From Candidatus Tenderia sp. (GTDB taxonomy: Bacteria; Pseudomonadota; Gammaproteobacteria; Tenderiales; Tenderiaceae), in the NCBI GenBank assembly GCA_031416075.1, contig JANOSY010000025.1:1-20747 (forward strand): a DNA stretch of 20,747 bases, written 5' to 3'. The position numbers and the translations under genes are program-made. Below, one piece after another: positions 1 to 8,893 of the stretch. The notes beneath the pieces were generated by a model, which was not told where the DNA came from, did not search any database, and saw only the letters and a program-made list of their open reading frames with translations. Positions within the stretch are counted from its first letter, which is position 1. Every line of letters begins with the position of its first letter.

Positions 1-41
1 GCGAAACTAATCAGCAGGAGTGTCCGTTTGTAACTGTTCAT
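1..41 (-). CDS. 5' end of a probable exported protein (partial, runs off the window)
   Basis: ATG at 41 is preceded by a GAGGGG Shine-Dalgarno. It reads MNSYKRTLLLISF (basic n-region, then hydrophobic) and is co-oriented with the PEP-CTERM gene. Confidence 0.5.
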   Translation of the reverse strand, partial: MNSYKRTLLLISF

Positions 42-161
42 CTATAAACCCCTCAAAAAGAGCTGATGTGATTACATCCACGATAAAACAGCAAACAACA
101 TCCCTTTTACTCTGCTAAATTTTACTGCAGGATTGCGGGACTGGATTATTCAAACACTACG

Positions 162-962
162 TTAATGACGACGTTGTGATCGGGAGAATAGAAGCCCGAT
201 CAGACCCATGCTAAAGAGCAGTAATGTGGCAGGCTCCGGAACAGTGTTTATTACGTTAATCCGACCATTCTCCATCAATATACTAACCGGGTTACCTTCA
301 ACGCTCAGTGCAGCTGGGTTAATCGCCATAGTCAATAAACTGCTTCCCAGCGAATGCGCGGAGAAACTGAACATAGCCACTGCAATGGGTTCAGAGCCAA
401 TCAGGTTAAACGGATCTGTGAGACTGGAATATAGAAAGTAACCAATATTTGATTGATAGCCGGGCATGACGCCTAAATCCAGCGTGGTCAGTGTATCCCC
501 CTGATTAATATCAGTGAAAGCCAAGGCAAAGGCATCCCACGTTTCTGTGGGGGACATATCAACTAACGCACCTGCCAATGGGTCTCCAGTGCTGGCAAGG
601 ACCATCCCGCTGTCATTGTAGTTAACATCAAATGAGACGGTGTCAATCCGTGTGGAGGCGTCGTAATTGCTTAACATTACAGCAACATTGAAATTGTCGC
701 CCAGTAGTACGCTCCGTGAACCTTGAATGCCAGGTGCGGTGGTATCTAGGTCAAAGGACAATACCGGAATCGCCCATGCTGAGTTTGTGCCCAGCGCAGC
801 CATAAAAAAAACCGCAACAATAGAATTAATGTGTGAACCCGCCCGCTTGAAGAAAGGGCCGAGACGATTCACAAGAACGAAATTACAAAATCGGTTTTTA
901 TTGTTACGCCAAACGATGGCCGACTTATCTGCTCCAGTAATTTTATTCTTGAAAAGAAGCAT
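162..962 (-). CDS. PEP-CTERM sorting-domain surface protein with a cohesin-like beta-sandwich domain
   Basis: C-terminus VPEPATLLLFSMGLIGLLFSRSQRRH (PEP motif, TM helix, basic tail). Signal-peptide-like SAWA|IP. AAGGAG RBS before ATG 962. The cohesin-like call is inferred from segments such as GDNFNVAVML, VSFDVNYND and VAMFSFSA. Confidence 0.88.
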   Translation of the reverse strand: MLLFKNKITGADKSAIVWRNNKNRFCNFVLVNRLGPFFKRAGSHINSIVAVFFMAALGTNSAWAIPVLSFDLDTTAPGIQGSRSVLLGDNFNVAVMLSNYDASTRIDTVSFDVNYNDSGMVLASTGDPLAGALVDMSPTETWDAFALAFTDINQGDTLTTLDLGVMPGYQSNIGYFLYSSLTDPFNLIGSEPIAVAMFSFSAHSLGSSLLTMAINPAALSVEGNPVSILMENGRINVINTVPEPATLLLFSMGLIGLLFSRSQRRH

Positions 963-1113
963 TAGAATCTCCTTAATTACTGTAGCTTAATTGTGAAGGC
1001 ATTACATCGATAAAAATTGGAGCATATGCTGAATATGTTTCCGGCGCAATATCAATAAATTACCAATACATTTCGGGGGCTATGTTTATTTATGCGGTCG
1101 ACAATTGAAGACG

Positions 1114-1282
1114 AATGTCCGTTAACGTTGGGGCAGCTGCCGTTCGCCGTGGGTGAGCTGGACGTCAGCAACGGGTCGACACCGGTCATTTACAGGATCG
1201 GATGCCACCGGCTGCTATGGCCGAAGATGAGCAGTTCGCCGCAACCCGCCTGCACCTCCGATTAGGGTCGTTGCCTTGTCTG
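1114..1282. repeat. Degenerate tandem array of four ~30-bp imperfect palindromic units separated by 16-bp spacers (46/92-bp period)
   Basis: Units at 1114, 1161, 1207 and 1253. GTTCGCCG occurs at 1142 and 1234, and GGGTCG at 1173 and 1265; both pairs are exactly 92 bp apart. Confidence 0.6.
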
Positions 1283-1396
1283 GCTACACCCTTAGATCAA
1301 TCTCGATTTCATCATTCAGGAATATAAACCGCTCAAAAACAGTCGTTATTTGGGGCACAACTTCTGCGAACCCCAAGGCGATTCAAAGATTCAATT

Positions 1397-1440
1397 GGAT
1401 TTCGACATTAGCAGACTACTGAACGCTAATGCCGAAATCC
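1397..1440 (-). terminator. 16-bp stem-loop downstream of the DUF2126 gene (terminator or RNA-stabilising hairpin)
   Basis: GGATTTCGACATTAGC-N12-GCTAATGCCGAAATCC. The single mismatch becomes a G-U pair on the minus-strand RNA. The U-tract is weak. Confidence 0.5.
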
Positions 1441-1501
1441 GTTTTCGCCTCGACGGACTTTATTCTCATCCGACGAACTTTATTTGTCGGAGTCACTATT
1501 G

Positions 1502-1528
1502 CCCAAACGTTAAGCGCTAACGTTTGGG
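1502..1528. repeat. Perfect 11-bp inverted repeat just after the DUF2126 stop
   Basis: CCCAAACGTTA-AGCGC-TAACGTTTGGG. Confidence 0.7.
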
Positions 1529-1545
1529 TTTAGCCACGGTTCGAT

Positions 1546-4500
1546 CTACGGCCGATATCGCAAATCCAAGGTGCAGGGAAAATCGGGATTGGGCTGTTCC
1601 TGCGCGGGCAGCATCGGCCCGATGGTATGGCCGTGGTCCCAGAAACGGGCAATGCGGCGTGCCTCGGCTTCATTGGCGTTGACCGGCAGCTGTTCGTAGT
1701 TGCGGCCACTGGGGTGGGCAACGTGGTAGGTGCAGCCACCGATGCTTTTGTGGTTGGCAAGGTCGACGATGTCGAAGACTAGCGGTGCGTCGGCAGCGAG
1801 TCTTGGGTGCAGGCCAAAGGTGGGTTGCCACGCCTTGAAGCGCACCCCCGCCACATACTCACCACTCATTTCAGTTTTTTGCAGCGGCACACGGCGACCG
1901 TTGCAGGTGAGGCAGTAACGCTCGGGGTTGAACCGTTTTAGCTTCACCTGCAGTCGTTCGACCGACGAATCGACGTAACGCGCGGTCCCTTGCGACGTGA
2001 CCTCCTCACCCAGTACATGCCACGGTTCGATGGCGCTATGCAGGATCAGTTCCATGCCCTGTTTCTGGATGTTGCCGCAATGGGGAAAACGGAACTCAAA
2101 GAAGGGGGCAAACCAAGCGGCGTCGAAGCTGAAGCCCGCTTCGTTTAAATCCGCCATGACCTGATTGAAATCCTCTTGCAGGTAGTGGGGCAGCATGAAG
2201 CGGTCGTGTAGTGTTGTACCCCAGCGTGCCGGACGGGCGCGGAAAGGTTTACGCCAGAAGCTGGCAACCAGCGCACGCATCAGCAGGATCTGTGCTGCGC
2301 TCATGCGCCAATGGGGTGGCATCTCAAAGGCGCGAAATTCGAGGATTCCCAACCGTCCGGTTGGACCGGCGGGGTTGTAGAGCTTGTCGATGCAGAACTC
2401 GGCGCGGTGGGTATTGCCGGTGATATCCACCAGGATATTGCGGAACAGACGGTCGACCAGCCAAGGTTCTGGGACTTCGCCGGGAGCCAGCTGCTGCACC
2501 GCGATCTCCAGCTCATAAAGGGCATCGTCACGTGCCTCGTCGACACGTGGTGACTGCGAGGTGGGGCCGACAAAGAGTCCGGAGAAGAGGTAGGAGAGCG
2601 ACGGGTGGTGCTGCCAGTAGAGCAGCAGACTGGCCAGCAGGTCGGGGCGCCGCAGGAATGGGCTGTCGGTTGGCGTTGCGGCCCCCAACGTCACATGGTT
2701 GCCGCCGCCAGTGCCGGTGTGGCGGCCGTCGATCATGAATTTTTCTGTGCCCAGCCGGGTCAGGCGCGCCTCTTCGTAGAGGATTTCCGTGTTCTCTACC
2801 AGTTCGCGCCAGCTGCCCGACGGGTGAATATTGACCTCGATCACGCCGGGGTCGGGGGTGACGGCCAGCTTGCGCAGGCGCGGGTCGCTTGGCGGTTCAT
2901 AACCCTCAATGTCGATGGCGATTTGGCACTCCCTGGCGGTCGCCTCCAGTGCGCCAACCAGATCAATCCAGTGTTCGATGTGGGTCAGTGGTGGCAAAAA
3001 CACCCACAGGCGGCCGTCGCGTGGTTCGATGCAGAGTGAGGTCTGGGGCACGATTTCATTCATGCCAGCCTCATCCGCCACCGGCTGTTCATGGATTGGC
3101 GGGGGGGTGGCCGGAGTCGGTTCGAACAGGCTGTAACGCCGTGCGATCTCGCTCGCCGAGACCAGTGGTGTGCGGGTCTCAAAGCTGTCGCGGGGTGGCT
3201 CGATCTTGCGGCGCGATTCGCGTGGCAGTGAGTCGAGCGGCAGACGAAAGCCCATGGGTGAGTCACCGGGGAAGAGTATCAGTTGCCCCCGGCGTAGCGT
3301 CCAGGGGGCGCTGTGCCAGCTATTTTTGTCAGAGGACCAGCTGAGCGGCAGGGCGTAGCCGGTGATCTCATTCAGCCCCTTGTTCAGCAGCTTGGCCAGA
3401 CGGCGACGTTCAAGCGGGTCTTTGAGGTCGGCCTGGAGTGGGTCGACATCCTCAGGCAGTGCCGATTCGGCACGTAGATAGTGGGCGGCGTCTTCATAGA
3501 CGGGGGCGATGTTGGTCTCGCTCAACCCTAATTTACGCATCAGGTTTTGGGCGAAACGGCGCGCCTCGTCTACGCCAGCAGCGCCTGCTTTGGTAGGTGA
3601 GAGCAGTGCCAGATCGTGCCACAACGGTTCGCTGTCGCTGCGAAAAAAACAGCTGTAGGCCCAGCGCGGTAACTGCTCGCCCGGATACCACTTGCCCTGG
3701 CCGTGGTGGAGCAGGGCACCGGGGGCAAAACGGTCACGCAGTCGTTGCAGCAGTTCGCGGGCGAGCCGCTCTTTGTGTGGTCCCAGCGCGGCGGTGTTCC
3801 ACTCGGCACCGTCAATATCGTCGATTGAGACAAAGGTCGGTTCACCGCCCTGGGTCAGGCGTACGTCGTCTTCTTGCAGCTGTTGATCAACCCGGTCGCC
3901 CAGTGCCAGTACCTGTTGCCAAACCTCTTCGCTGTAGGGCTTGGTGACACGTGGGTCTTCATGGATGCGGGTGACGCTGTTTTCGAAATGGAGCGTGGTC
4001 TGGCACGGATCAACCAGACCTGTAACCGGCGCGGCGGAGGCGGGGTCCGGCGTGCAAGACAAGGGGATGTGGCCCTCACCGGCAAACAGGCCGGAGGTGG
4101 GGTCGAGGCCGATCCAGCCAGCGCCAGGGATGAAGACTTCGGCCCAGGCGTGCAGGTCGGTAAAGTCCTTCTCCGTGCCGGAGGGGCCGTCGAGGGCCTT
4201 GACGTCAGCAGTGAGTTGTACCAGATAGCCAGAGACAAAACGCGCCGCTAACCCCAGATGGCGCATGATTTGCACCAGCAGCCAGGCGCTGTCACGGCAT
4301 GAGCCAGTGGCCGATTGCAGGGTCTCTTCACAGCTTTGAACCCCCGCCTCCATGCGGATCAGATAGCCTAGCTCCTGTTGCAGGCGCTGGTTGAGGCTGA
4401 CGATGAAGTTGGCTGTTGAGGTCGGTTCGCGTTTGACTGTTGCGACCCAGTCGCGCAACAGGGGTCCATCGTCGCGGATCTTGAGATAAGGGGATAGCTC

Positions 4501-4836
4501 GTGGGCCAGCTGCTCGTCGTACTCAAAAGGCCACGTTTCGGCGTACTCCTCGACGAAGAAATCGAACGGGTTGATCACCGTCATTTCGGCGATCAGCTCG
4601 ACATCAATGCTGAGTCGAGTGATCTTGTCGGGAAAAACATAGCGGCCGACGAAGTTGCCGAAGGGGTCCTGTTGCCAGTTGACGAAGTGTTTTTCCGGCG
4701 TGACCTTGAGGCTGTAGCTGTGAATTGGGGTACGGCAGTGTGCCGCTGGTCGCAAGCGCACCAGATGGGGGGATAGGCTCACCGGCCGGTCGAATTCGTA
4801 AACTGTCTTGTGACGAATGACGACACGGATCGACAT
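1546..4836 (-). CDS. Transglutaminase-like domain fused to a DUF2126 putative amidoligase (COOH-NH2 ligase type)
   Basis: Bacterial transglutaminase-N-type start (HKTVYEFDRPV..LRP..QQDPFGN). Triad motifs GSCRDSAW / DLHAWAEV / WIGLDPT. DUF2126 motifs GGEPTFVS, DPGVIEVN, TGGGNHVTLG, LEFRAFEMPPH. GGAGG RBS. Confidence 0.92.
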   Translation of the reverse strand: MSIRVVIRHKTVYEFDRPVSLSPHLVRLRPAAHCRTPIHSYSLKVTPEKHFVNWQQDPFGNFVGRYVFPDKITRLSIDVELIAEMTVINPFDFFVEEYAETWPFEYDEQLAHELSPYLKIRDDGPLLRDWVATVKREPTSTANFIVSLNQRLQQELGYLIRMEAGVQSCEETLQSATGSCRDSAWLLVQIMRHLGLAARFVSGYLVQLTADVKALDGPSGTEKDFTDLHAWAEVFIPGAGWIGLDPTSGLFAGEGHIPLSCTPDPASAAPVTGLVDPCQTTLHFENSVTRIHEDPRVTKPYSEEVWQQVLALGDRVDQQLQEDDVRLTQGGEPTFVSIDDIDGAEWNTAALGPHKERLARELLQRLRDRFAPGALLHHGQGKWYPGEQLPRWAYSCFFRSDSEPLWHDLALLSPTKAGAAGVDEARRFAQNLMRKLGLSETNIAPVYEDAAHYLRAESALPEDVDPLQADLKDPLERRRLAKLLNKGLNEITGYALPLSWSSDKNSWHSAPWTLRRGQLILFPGDSPMGFRLPLDSLPRESRRKIEPPRDSFETRTPLVSASEIARRYSLFEPTPATPPPIHEQPVADEAGMNEIVPQTSLCIEPRDGRLWVFLPPLTHIEHWIDLVGALEATARECQIAIDIEGYEPPSDPRLRKLAVTPDPGVIEVNIHPSGSWRELVENTEILYEEARLTRLGTEKFMIDGRHTGTGGGNHVTLGAATPTDSPFLRRPDLLASLLLYWQHHPSLSYLFSGLFVGPTSQSPRVDEARDDALYELEIAVQQLAPGEVPEPWLVDRLFRNILVDITGNTHRAEFCIDKLYNPAGPTGRLGILEFRAFEMPPHWRMSAAQILLMRALVASFWRKPFRARPARWGTTLHDRFMLPHYLQEDFNQVMADLNEAGFSFDAAWFAPFFEFRFPHCGNIQKQGMELILHSAIEPWHVLGEEVTSQGTARYVDSSVERLQVKLKRFNPERYCLTCNGRRVPLQKTEMSGEYVAGVRFKAWQPTFGLHPRLAADAPLVFDIVDLANHKSIGGCTYHVAHPSGRNYEQLPVNANEAEARRIARFWDHGHTIGPMLPAQEQPNPDFPCTLDLRYRP

Positions 4837-4855
4837 GGTGGATCCCTCCAGGTTG

Positions 4856-5638
4856 TTATTTATTTATGTCATGCATCATTGGGCGCACGTTGCTGACAGT
4901 ATGGGTACGTTTTTCCCATTCAAATTTAGGCAGTTCGGCAAACGAGAGTTTGAGGGCCTCGTTCCAGGCCTGTCGGACGTCGCGCAGATACTGGTCATCC
5001 TCGTCCATACGAATGTAGTGGTCATTATCAAAGGTATCATTTTCATAAATTAACACTTCGATAGGAGGACCTACTGTAGCGTTGGATTTGATCGTGGAAT
5101 CCATGGAAACGATGGCACAACGGGCCGCATCTTCAAGGGATGTTTTGCGGGTGATGATACGGTCCAGAATAGGCTTGCCGTACTTACTCTCACCAATCTG
5201 TATAAACGGGTGTTCCGTGGAGTCGGTGATAAAATTTCCCGCTGAATAGATCATAAAAATAGCAGGGGGGTGCCCCTTAATCTGGCCGCCGAATATGAGG
5301 GAACATTTTGTATCAATGCTGGCGGCGGCAGTCATCTCGGTGGCGTTGCTCTGCTCATCACGGCTCACCTGGCTGACATAACGGGCAGCATCGACCATCT
5401 TTTTGCAATTGAGGAGGCTGTCGGTATCCGGATCTTCCTGATCATGCTCCAGGCGGCTGATGATTGCCTGGGTGGTGGCGAGATTGCCGGCAGTCAGAAC
5501 CACAAATATTCGGTCTGACGACGGTTTGAATATATGCATCTTGCTATAGGCCGAGATCATGTCCGGTCCGGCATTGGTGCGCGAGTCGGAGCAGAAAATC
5601 AAACCATCGTCGACTGAGACAGCTACACAGTAAGTCAT
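4856..5638 (-). CDS. Anbu / proteasome-type Ntn-hydrolase protease
   Basis: N-terminus MTYCV (Thr nucleophile after Met removal). Family-typical motifs SDSRTNAG, AGNLATTQ, QIGESKYGKPILDR, SMDSTIKSNATVGPP. Confidence 0.93.
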   Translation of the reverse strand: MTYCVAVSVDDGLIFCSDSRTNAGPDMISAYSKMHIFKPSSDRIFVVLTAGNLATTQAIISRLEHDQEDPDTDSLLNCKKMVDAARYVSQVSRDEQSNATEMTAAASIDTKCSLIFGGQIKGHPPAIFMIYSAGNFITDSTEHPFIQIGESKYGKPILDRIITRKTSLEDAARCAIVSMDSTIKSNATVGPPIEVLIYENDTFDNDHYIRMDEDDQYLRDVRQAWNEALKLSFAELPKFEWEKRTHTVSNVRPMMHDINK

Positions 5639-5790
5639 ATTTTCATTCTCAGGTTACTACGTCAGGATATTTTATCCGACATCCAAGGGCCATAATAAAG
5701 CATTTTTGCTGCGGGTGACGGTTGATTGCAACGATTGTTTATTTGCGGATGTATCAGAGCAGTTATGTGACAATACCTGCGGCGGTATCG

Positions 5791-5803
5791 TAACTAACTG
5801 ATT
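5791..5803 (-). promoter_or_regulatory. IHF-binding consensus site immediately 3' of the tRNA (att-like context)
   Basis: Minus strand AATCAGTTAGTTA matches WATCARNNNNTTR, 4 nt after the CCA end. Confidence 0.5.
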
Positions 5804-5807
5804 TTTA

Positions 5808-5884
5808 TGGTCGGAGTGAGAGGGCTCGAATCTCCGGCCCCAGCCTCCCGAAGATAGTGCTCTACCAGACTGAGCTACACTCCG
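5808..5884 (-). tRNA. tRNA-Pro(CGG), structurally defective (possible pseudo- or chimeric tRNA)
   Basis: CGGAGTG-TA-GCTC-AGTCTGGTA-GAGC-A-CTATC-TTCGGGA-GGCTG-GGGCC-GGAGA-TTCGAGC-CCTCT-CACTCCG-A-CCA. C1-G72/A73 Pro identity and perfect acceptor and D stems. The anticodon stem has U-U and A-C mismatches, and the invariant G53-C61 pair is A-C. Confidence 0.85.
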
Positions 5885-5891
5885 AACCGGA

Positions 5892-6914
5892 CTAGTAGGC
5901 CCTGTTGACGGAAAACTCCGCCAGGATATAAAGCGCGTCTTTATAGGGGCTGGCGGGAACAAGGTCAGCGATGGCCGCTACCGCTTTGTCGGCCTCCTGT
6001 TGTGCCAGTTTGGCGGTGTAGGCGATGGCCCCTGTCGATTCAATAACCTCCATCACCGCAGCGATCTGCTCGTGACCACCGTTCTCGATAGCTTTGCTAA
6101 CGATGGCCGCTTGTTGTGGTGTGCCAACACGCATGGCGTAGATCAGTGGCAGGGTTGGTTTGCCTTCGGCAAGGTCGTCGCCAACATTTTTGCCCATATC
6201 TGACGCCGTCGCGCTGTAGTCCAGCACATCATCAATCAGTTGGAAAGCAGTACCAAGGTGCATGCCGTAGGTCGCCATTGCCCGTTCCTCGGCGGTGTTA
6301 CGACCGCTGATGACTGCACCGAGTTGAGTGGCCGCCTCAAACAGCTTGGCTGTCTTGGAGTGGATCACATCCATATAGCGCTCCTCGCTGGTCTCGGGAT
6401 CGTGGCAGTTAAGCAGCTGCAGCACCTCACCTTCAGCGATGGTATTGGTTGCATGGGCCAAAATCTCCATGACCCGCATGTTTTTTAGCTCCACCATCAT
6501 CTCAAAGGAGCGTGAATAGAGGAAATCCCCTACCAGCACACTCGCCTCGTTGCCCCATATGTTATTGGCGGTTTCGCGGCCACGCCTCAGTTCAGAGCCA
6601 TCTACCACATCGTCATGAAGCAGTGTGGCAGTGTGAATGAATTCAACAATTGCTGCCAGATCAAGATGATGGGTGCCGCTATAGCCAAAGGCACGTGCTG
6701 ACAGCAGCGCCAGCAGCGGCCGCAGGCGTTTGCCACCACTGTTGATGATGTAATGGCCCATCTGATTGATCAGAACAACCTCCGATTGCAGCCGTTTCTG
6801 GATCACGGCATTAACAGCGGTCATGTCGTCGCGCATAAGTGCCGCAACAGTGCTGAGATCAGGAATGAGCCGACTGTCAGCGTTTTTGAGAGTATGGTTT
6901 TGTGATATAGGCAT
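5892..6914 (-). CDS. ispB: Octaprenyl-diphosphate synthase (start codon uncertain)
   Basis: GGKRLRP, LLHDDVVD (FARM) and FQLIDDVLD (SARM) motifs; conserved position divergent from rplU. Confidence 0.95.
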   Translation of the reverse strand: MPISQNHTLKNADSRLIPDLSTVAALMRDDMTAVNAVIQKRLQSEVVLINQMGHYIINSGGKRLRPLLALLSARAFGYSGTHHLDLAAIVEFIHTATLLHDDVVDGSELRRGRETANNIWGNEASVLVGDFLYSRSFEMMVELKNMRVMEILAHATNTIAEGEVLQLLNCHDPETSEERYMDVIHSKTAKLFEAATQLGAVISGRNTAEERAMATYGMHLGTAFQLIDDVLDYSATASDMGKNVGDDLAEGKPTLPLIYAMRVGTPQQAAIVSKAIENGGHEQIAAVMEVIESTGAIAYTAKLAQQEADKAVAAIADLVPASPYKDALYILAEFSVNRAY

Positions 6915-6978
6915 AAGTGCGGCCATTGTAGAAGTGAATGATAATGTCTTACAAGTGTTCAAATAACGATTTATTGAT

Positions 6979-7007
6979 TTGACGAAGTGTCAATCAAGCG
7001 CTAGAAT
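6979..7007 (+). promoter_or_regulatory. Sigma70 promoter of rplU-rpmA
   Basis: TTGACG-17 bp-TAGAAT. Confidence 0.7.
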
Positions 7008-7085
7008 TCGGCCTCTTAGCAAAGTCAGTACGGTTTTTTGCCCTTGGAGCTTCAGCTCCGGGCGTCAAGTGTTGGAGAAAACGGC

Positions 7086-7397
7086 ATGTACGCTGTCATA
7101 AAGACTGGTGGCAAGCAGTATCGCGTTACCGAAGGTAACGTATTGCGAGTTGAAAAATTACTTGCAGAAGCGGGTAGTACCATTGAAATCGATCAGGTTT
7201 TGATGATTACCAATGGTGATGATATCAAAATCGGTGCTCCTCTCGTTGCGGGTGGCAAAGTGATGGCGATGGTAAACAGTCACGGTCGTGGAGACAAGAT
7301 CAGGATTGTTAAATTCCGTCGTCGCAAACATTCGCGCAAGCAGATGGGGCATCGTCAGGCTTACACCGAGCTGAAAATCACCGGCATAGTCGGCTGA
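7086..7397 (+). CDS. rplU: 50S ribosomal protein L21
   Basis: [14 protein letters not shown]...[23 protein letters not shown] before ATG 7086. Confidence 0.98.
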   Translation: MYAVIKTGGKQYRVTEGNVLRVEKLLAEAGSTIEIDQVLMITNGDDIKIGAPLVAGGKVMAMVNSHGRGDKIRIVKFRRRKHSRKQMGHRQAYTELKITGIVG

Positions 7398-7427
7398 TTA
7401 TCAGTGAGTTAAAGAGGTATATAGACA

Positions 7428-7685
7428 ATGGCACATAAAAAAGCTGGTGGTAGTAGTCGCAACGGTCGCGATTCAGAGTCTAAGCGCCTTGGCGTTAAAG
7501 TCTTTGGTGGTGAGCTGGTTCAGGCGGGCAATATTATTGTGCGTCAGCGCGGCACCCGTTTTCACCCTGGATTAAATGTTGGGCTTGGTCATGACCATAC
7601 CCTGTTTTCCAAGGTTGAAGGCAAGGTAGTATTTGTAGAAAAAGGCGCTAAGATGCGCAAGTATGTAAACGTGGTTCCTGCGTAA
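7428..7685 (+). CDS. rpmA: 50S ribosomal protein L27
   Basis: [24 protein letters not shown]. Confidence 0.99.
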   Translation: MAHKKAGGSSRNGRDSESKRLGVKVFGGELVQAGNIIVRQRGTRFHPGLNVGLGHDHTLFSKVEGKVVFVEKGAKMRKYVNVVPA

Positions 7686-7713
7686 GCGAGGACTCTGCTG
7701 CTACATGCTGAAT

Positions 7714-7745
7714 AGGCCCTGTCTTTGACGGGGCTTTTTTGTTTA
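7714..7745 (+). terminator. Rho-independent terminator after rpmA
   Basis: GCCCTGTC-TTT-GACGGGGC followed by TTTTTTGTTT. Confidence 0.85.
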
Positions 7746-7759
7746 TGTCTGTTCCGTAA

Positions 7760-8884
<1,125 letters not shown>

Positions 8885-8893
8885 TACTGGATC

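Noticed and set aside
1114-1282. CRISPR interpretation of the periodic array
   Set aside because: Repeats are too divergent, spacers are only 16 bp, and there are no cas genes in the window.
1486-1493. GTCGGAGT matching the tRNA 3' end (5810-5817), a possible second att site bounding Anbu-DUF2126
   Set aside because: Only 8 bp, part of a local hairpin, and no integrase lies between the two copies; chance cannot be excluded.
1501-1535. GTTAAGC / GCTAAC as integron attC cores
   Set aside because: Order and spacing do not fit attC architecture; it is a simple perfect inverted repeat.
5672-5962. 96-aa ORF spanning the tRNA
   Set aside because: Overlaps the ispB end and the tRNA; spurious.
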